This document shows, one piece after another, positions 63,795-64,000 of a stretch of 64,000 nucleotides of DNA (position 1 is its first letter; the number at the start of each line of letters is the position of its first letter). The position numbers were made by a program, and so were the translations under genes. The notes under the pieces are model-generated. The model was not told the origin of the DNA. It searched no databases and worked only from the letters and a program-made list of their open reading frames with translations. The DNA is from Harriotta raleighana (Eukaryota): the NCBI GenBank assembly GCA_050575255.1, contig JBNZDD010013721.1, positions 9,574,566-9,638,565 of the forward strand, in the 5' to 3' direction.

Positions 63795-64000
63795 GTAGGA
63801 TCATTATTGCTATGTGTTCATACCAGAGCAGGTGATAAAGAAAGTGGCTGATATAATGTATTTATTCCACTTGTTATTACATTTTTTGTAAAACTAAGCA
63901 AGTAAAATACACACAAAAAAGAGTTTGCTCCATGGGCATACTGAGCAGCAGTCAGGCGTAATTCTATGTTATCTAATTATAAAAATCCACAATTATTATG

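Noticed and set aside
1-64000. CRISPR array, operon or other prokaryotic system
   Set aside because: No regularly spaced repeats or dense coding; the recurring motifs are dispersed vertebrate SINE/LINE tails.

Overview
This is AT-rich vertebrate genomic DNA, intronic or intergenic, with no protein-coding gene I can identify with confidence. The repeat families (tRNA-derived SINEs with an L2-type tail, Deu-domain SINEs, AmnSINE2-like and LF-SINE-like relics, CR1 and L2 LINE fragments, Penelope-like terminal repeats) point to a cartilaginous fish, probably a chimaera; this is inferred from recalled consensus motifs, not a database search. The draft assembly has an 817-N gap inside a ~2 kb triplicated block and eight single-N joins, most flanked by duplicated sequence. 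Most short ORFs are chance or repeat-derived. The best leads are: (1) decayed Harbinger transposase (+) and Myb/SANT-like (-) remnants facing each other across a CpG-retaining island that holds a small ORF (40.0-43.4 kb); (2) a head-to-head Penelope-like repeat pair with hammerhead ribozyme cores (54.2-54.4 kb); (3) a ~94% identical inverted repeat bracketing 1.4 kb (19.2-20.6 kb); (4) a CR1 insertion with a 49-bp direct repeat and inverted templated filler (9.8-10.3 kb); (5) several repeat-free, homeodomain/Sox-motif-rich blocks that look like conserved enhancers. I found no convincing novel multi-gene system.
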